Source: an archaeon (GTDB taxonomy: Archaea; Iainarchaeota; Iainarchaeia; Iainarchaeales; CSSED10-239). From it: a stretch of 5,483 nucleotides of DNA. Shown piece by piece: positions 4,642-5,483 of the stretch. The translations under genes and the position numbers were made by a program. Within the stretch, counting starts at the first letter, position 1; each line of letters begins with the position of its first letter. The notes below the pieces were generated by a model. That model had not been told where the DNA came from and ran no database searches. It saw only the letters and a list, made by a program, of their open reading frames with translations. The DNA is taken from contig JBAYPN010000039.1 of assembly GCA_041677685.1 (NCBI GenBank), positions 1-5,483 of the forward strand. Reading direction: 5' to 3'.

Positions 4642-5439
4642 ATGAGTGAAGTAATTGCTATTGTTTCTGGAAAAGGCGGTGTTGGAAAGACAACACTGAC
4701 TGCAAATTTGGGTATTGCACTTTCTGAGTTAAATAAAAAAGTTTTGTTGATTGATGCAGATATCGCAATGTCTAATCTAAGTTTGTTGATTGGTTTAGAA
4801 AATCCTCCAATAACGCTTCATGATGTTTTGTTAGGATCTTCTTCTTCTCAGGATGCAACTTATGATGCACAAAATGGTTTAAAGATTATTCCGTCTGGTC
4901 TTTCAATCTCTAATTATCAAAGAGTTGATTCTGAAAGATTAGTGTCTGTTGTTAAAAGCTTAATTAAAGAGTATGATTATATTTTAATTGATGCACCTGC
5001 TGGGATTGACAAGAATGTGATTTCTGCAATGTCAGCCTCAACTCAGATCTTGTTAGTAACTGAACCTACAGCTCCAGCTGTTGCAGATGTCTTTAAGGCT
5101 AAGATTGTTGCTGAAAGACTAAATCAAAGAGTCTTAGGTGTTGTTGTAAATAAGGTTAGTAACATCAAAGGAGAAATTACAGAAAAAGAAATTATGAAGA
5201 TGCTAGAACTCCCAAGCTATGGGCAGATCCCATATTCTGAAGATGTTAGAGAATCATTTTTGCTTAAAAAAATTAAACCAGTTTTAGTTCACGCACCAAA
5301 CAGTCCATCCTCAAATTCATTTAGGTATATTGCAAGAAAGATAACAGGTATAGATGTTGATAGTAGTAAAAAGATTATAAAAAAAAAGAAAGGTTTTTTT
5401 GGTTTCTTAAAAAATATTTTTAAAAAAAAGAAAAAATAA
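4642..5439 (+). CDS. minD: MinD/ParA-family deviant-Walker-A ATPase (archaeal MinD-type) with a C-terminal amphipathic membrane-targeting-like helix
   Basis: The 265-aa ORF has the deviant Walker A SGKGGVGKTT with the signature lysine (aa 9-18, nt 4666-4695). It also has the switch I-like LLIDADIAMSNL and the Walker B-like YILIDAPAGI. The C-terminal tail is KKKKGFFGFLKNIFKKKKK (nt 5380-5436). The gene starts 6 nt after the upstream stop, with no obvious SD of its own. Confidence 0.93.
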   Translation: MSEVIAIVSGKGGVGKTTLTANLGIALSELNKKVLLIDADIAMSNLSLLIGLENPPITLHDVLLGSSSSQDATYDAQNGLKIIPSGLSISNYQRVDSERLVSVVKSLIKEYDYILIDAPAGIDKNVISAMSASTQILLVTEPTAPAVADVFKAKIVAERLNQRVLGVVVNKVSNIKGEITEKEIMKMLELPSYGQIPYSEDVRESFLLKKIKPVLVHAPNSPSSNSFRYIARKITGIDVDSSKKIIKKKKGFFGFLKNIFKKKKK

Positions 5440-5483
5440 TTCTTAAAAAAGTAATTTAAAAAAAGATAAAAATAATAAAAAAA

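Noticed and set aside
4633-4644. The Roadblock-like ORF and minD are in the same reading frame, separated only by TGA-TTT-AGT, which raises the idea of TGA recoding or read-through producing a fusion protein
   Set aside because: No other long ORF in the window needs an internal TGA to reach normal homologue length, so TGA behaves as a true stop. There is no downstream structure or SECIS-like element in the 6-nt gap. A shared frame is expected by chance one time in three. It would only be worth revisiting if proteomics shows a fusion.
5379-5400. A9 and T7 homopolymer runs inside the 3' end of minD, as a slipped-strand phase-variation or programmed-frameshift site
   Set aside because: The runs simply encode the poly-Lys and Phe-Phe of the tail in an AT-biased genome. 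A frameshift here would only alter the last ~20 residues. There is no alternative-frame ORF of meaningful length.
3214-5439. Reading the nuclease plus P-loop ATPase operon as an anti-phage defence system
   Set aside because: The ATPase has a complete MinD/ParA deviant Walker A, switch and membrane-tail architecture, not that of a defence-type ATPase (AAA+/ABC/STAND). The flanks are housekeeping genes. No mobile-element, toxin-antitoxin or restriction signatures are visible. A cell-biological positioning role fits the evidence better, although a defence role cannot be formally excluded without neighbourhood statistics.
5440-5483. A-rich tail after minD as a possible terminator or regulatory element
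   Set aside because: Archaeal terminators are oligo-T on the transcribed strand. This stretch is oligo-A on the + strand, so at best it would serve a downstream convergent gene that is not visible here. It has no hairpin and is truncated by the window end.

Overview
The window is very AT-rich and almost entirely coding. Its gene content looks archaeal, and I infer a small-genome, low-GC lineage such as a DPANN-type archaeon. TAA, TAG and TGA all act as stops, so the standard genetic code applies. I support seven CDSs. On the + strand, a GT4/PNPT-family polyprenyl-phosphate HexNAc-1-P transferase (AglH/GPT-like) is followed 10 nt later by a UbiA-family prenyltransferase. On the - strand, an NreA-like DNA-repair protein converges on the UbiA gene, and the two stop codons physically overlap. 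A 181-bp AT-rich divergent promoter region is the only real non-coding stretch. It is followed by a tightly packed four-gene + strand operon with junctions of -20, +2 and +6 nt. The four genes are an NYN/LabA-like predicted RNase, a 165-aa orphan with a PATAN/DUF4388-like sequence pattern, a 146-aa Roadblock/LC7 (MglB)-like protein with a cationic amphipathic N-terminus, and a MinD/ParA-type deviant-Walker-A ATPase with a bacterial-MinD-like C-terminal amphipathic helix. The most interesting hypothesis is that this operon is an undescribed MinD-centred positioning or polarity module. Roadblock and PATAN proteins normally partner MglA-type GTPases, and here they may serve as the missing regulators of an archaeal MinD, with an RNase as a possible cargo or effector. 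Other notable points are a perfect 23-bp tandem repeat abutting the first gene and cut by the window edge, and an Nre homologue that lacks the N-terminal Cys-rich segment but keeps a C-terminal PIP-like box. All domain calls come from motif recognition by eye, because no searches could be run.
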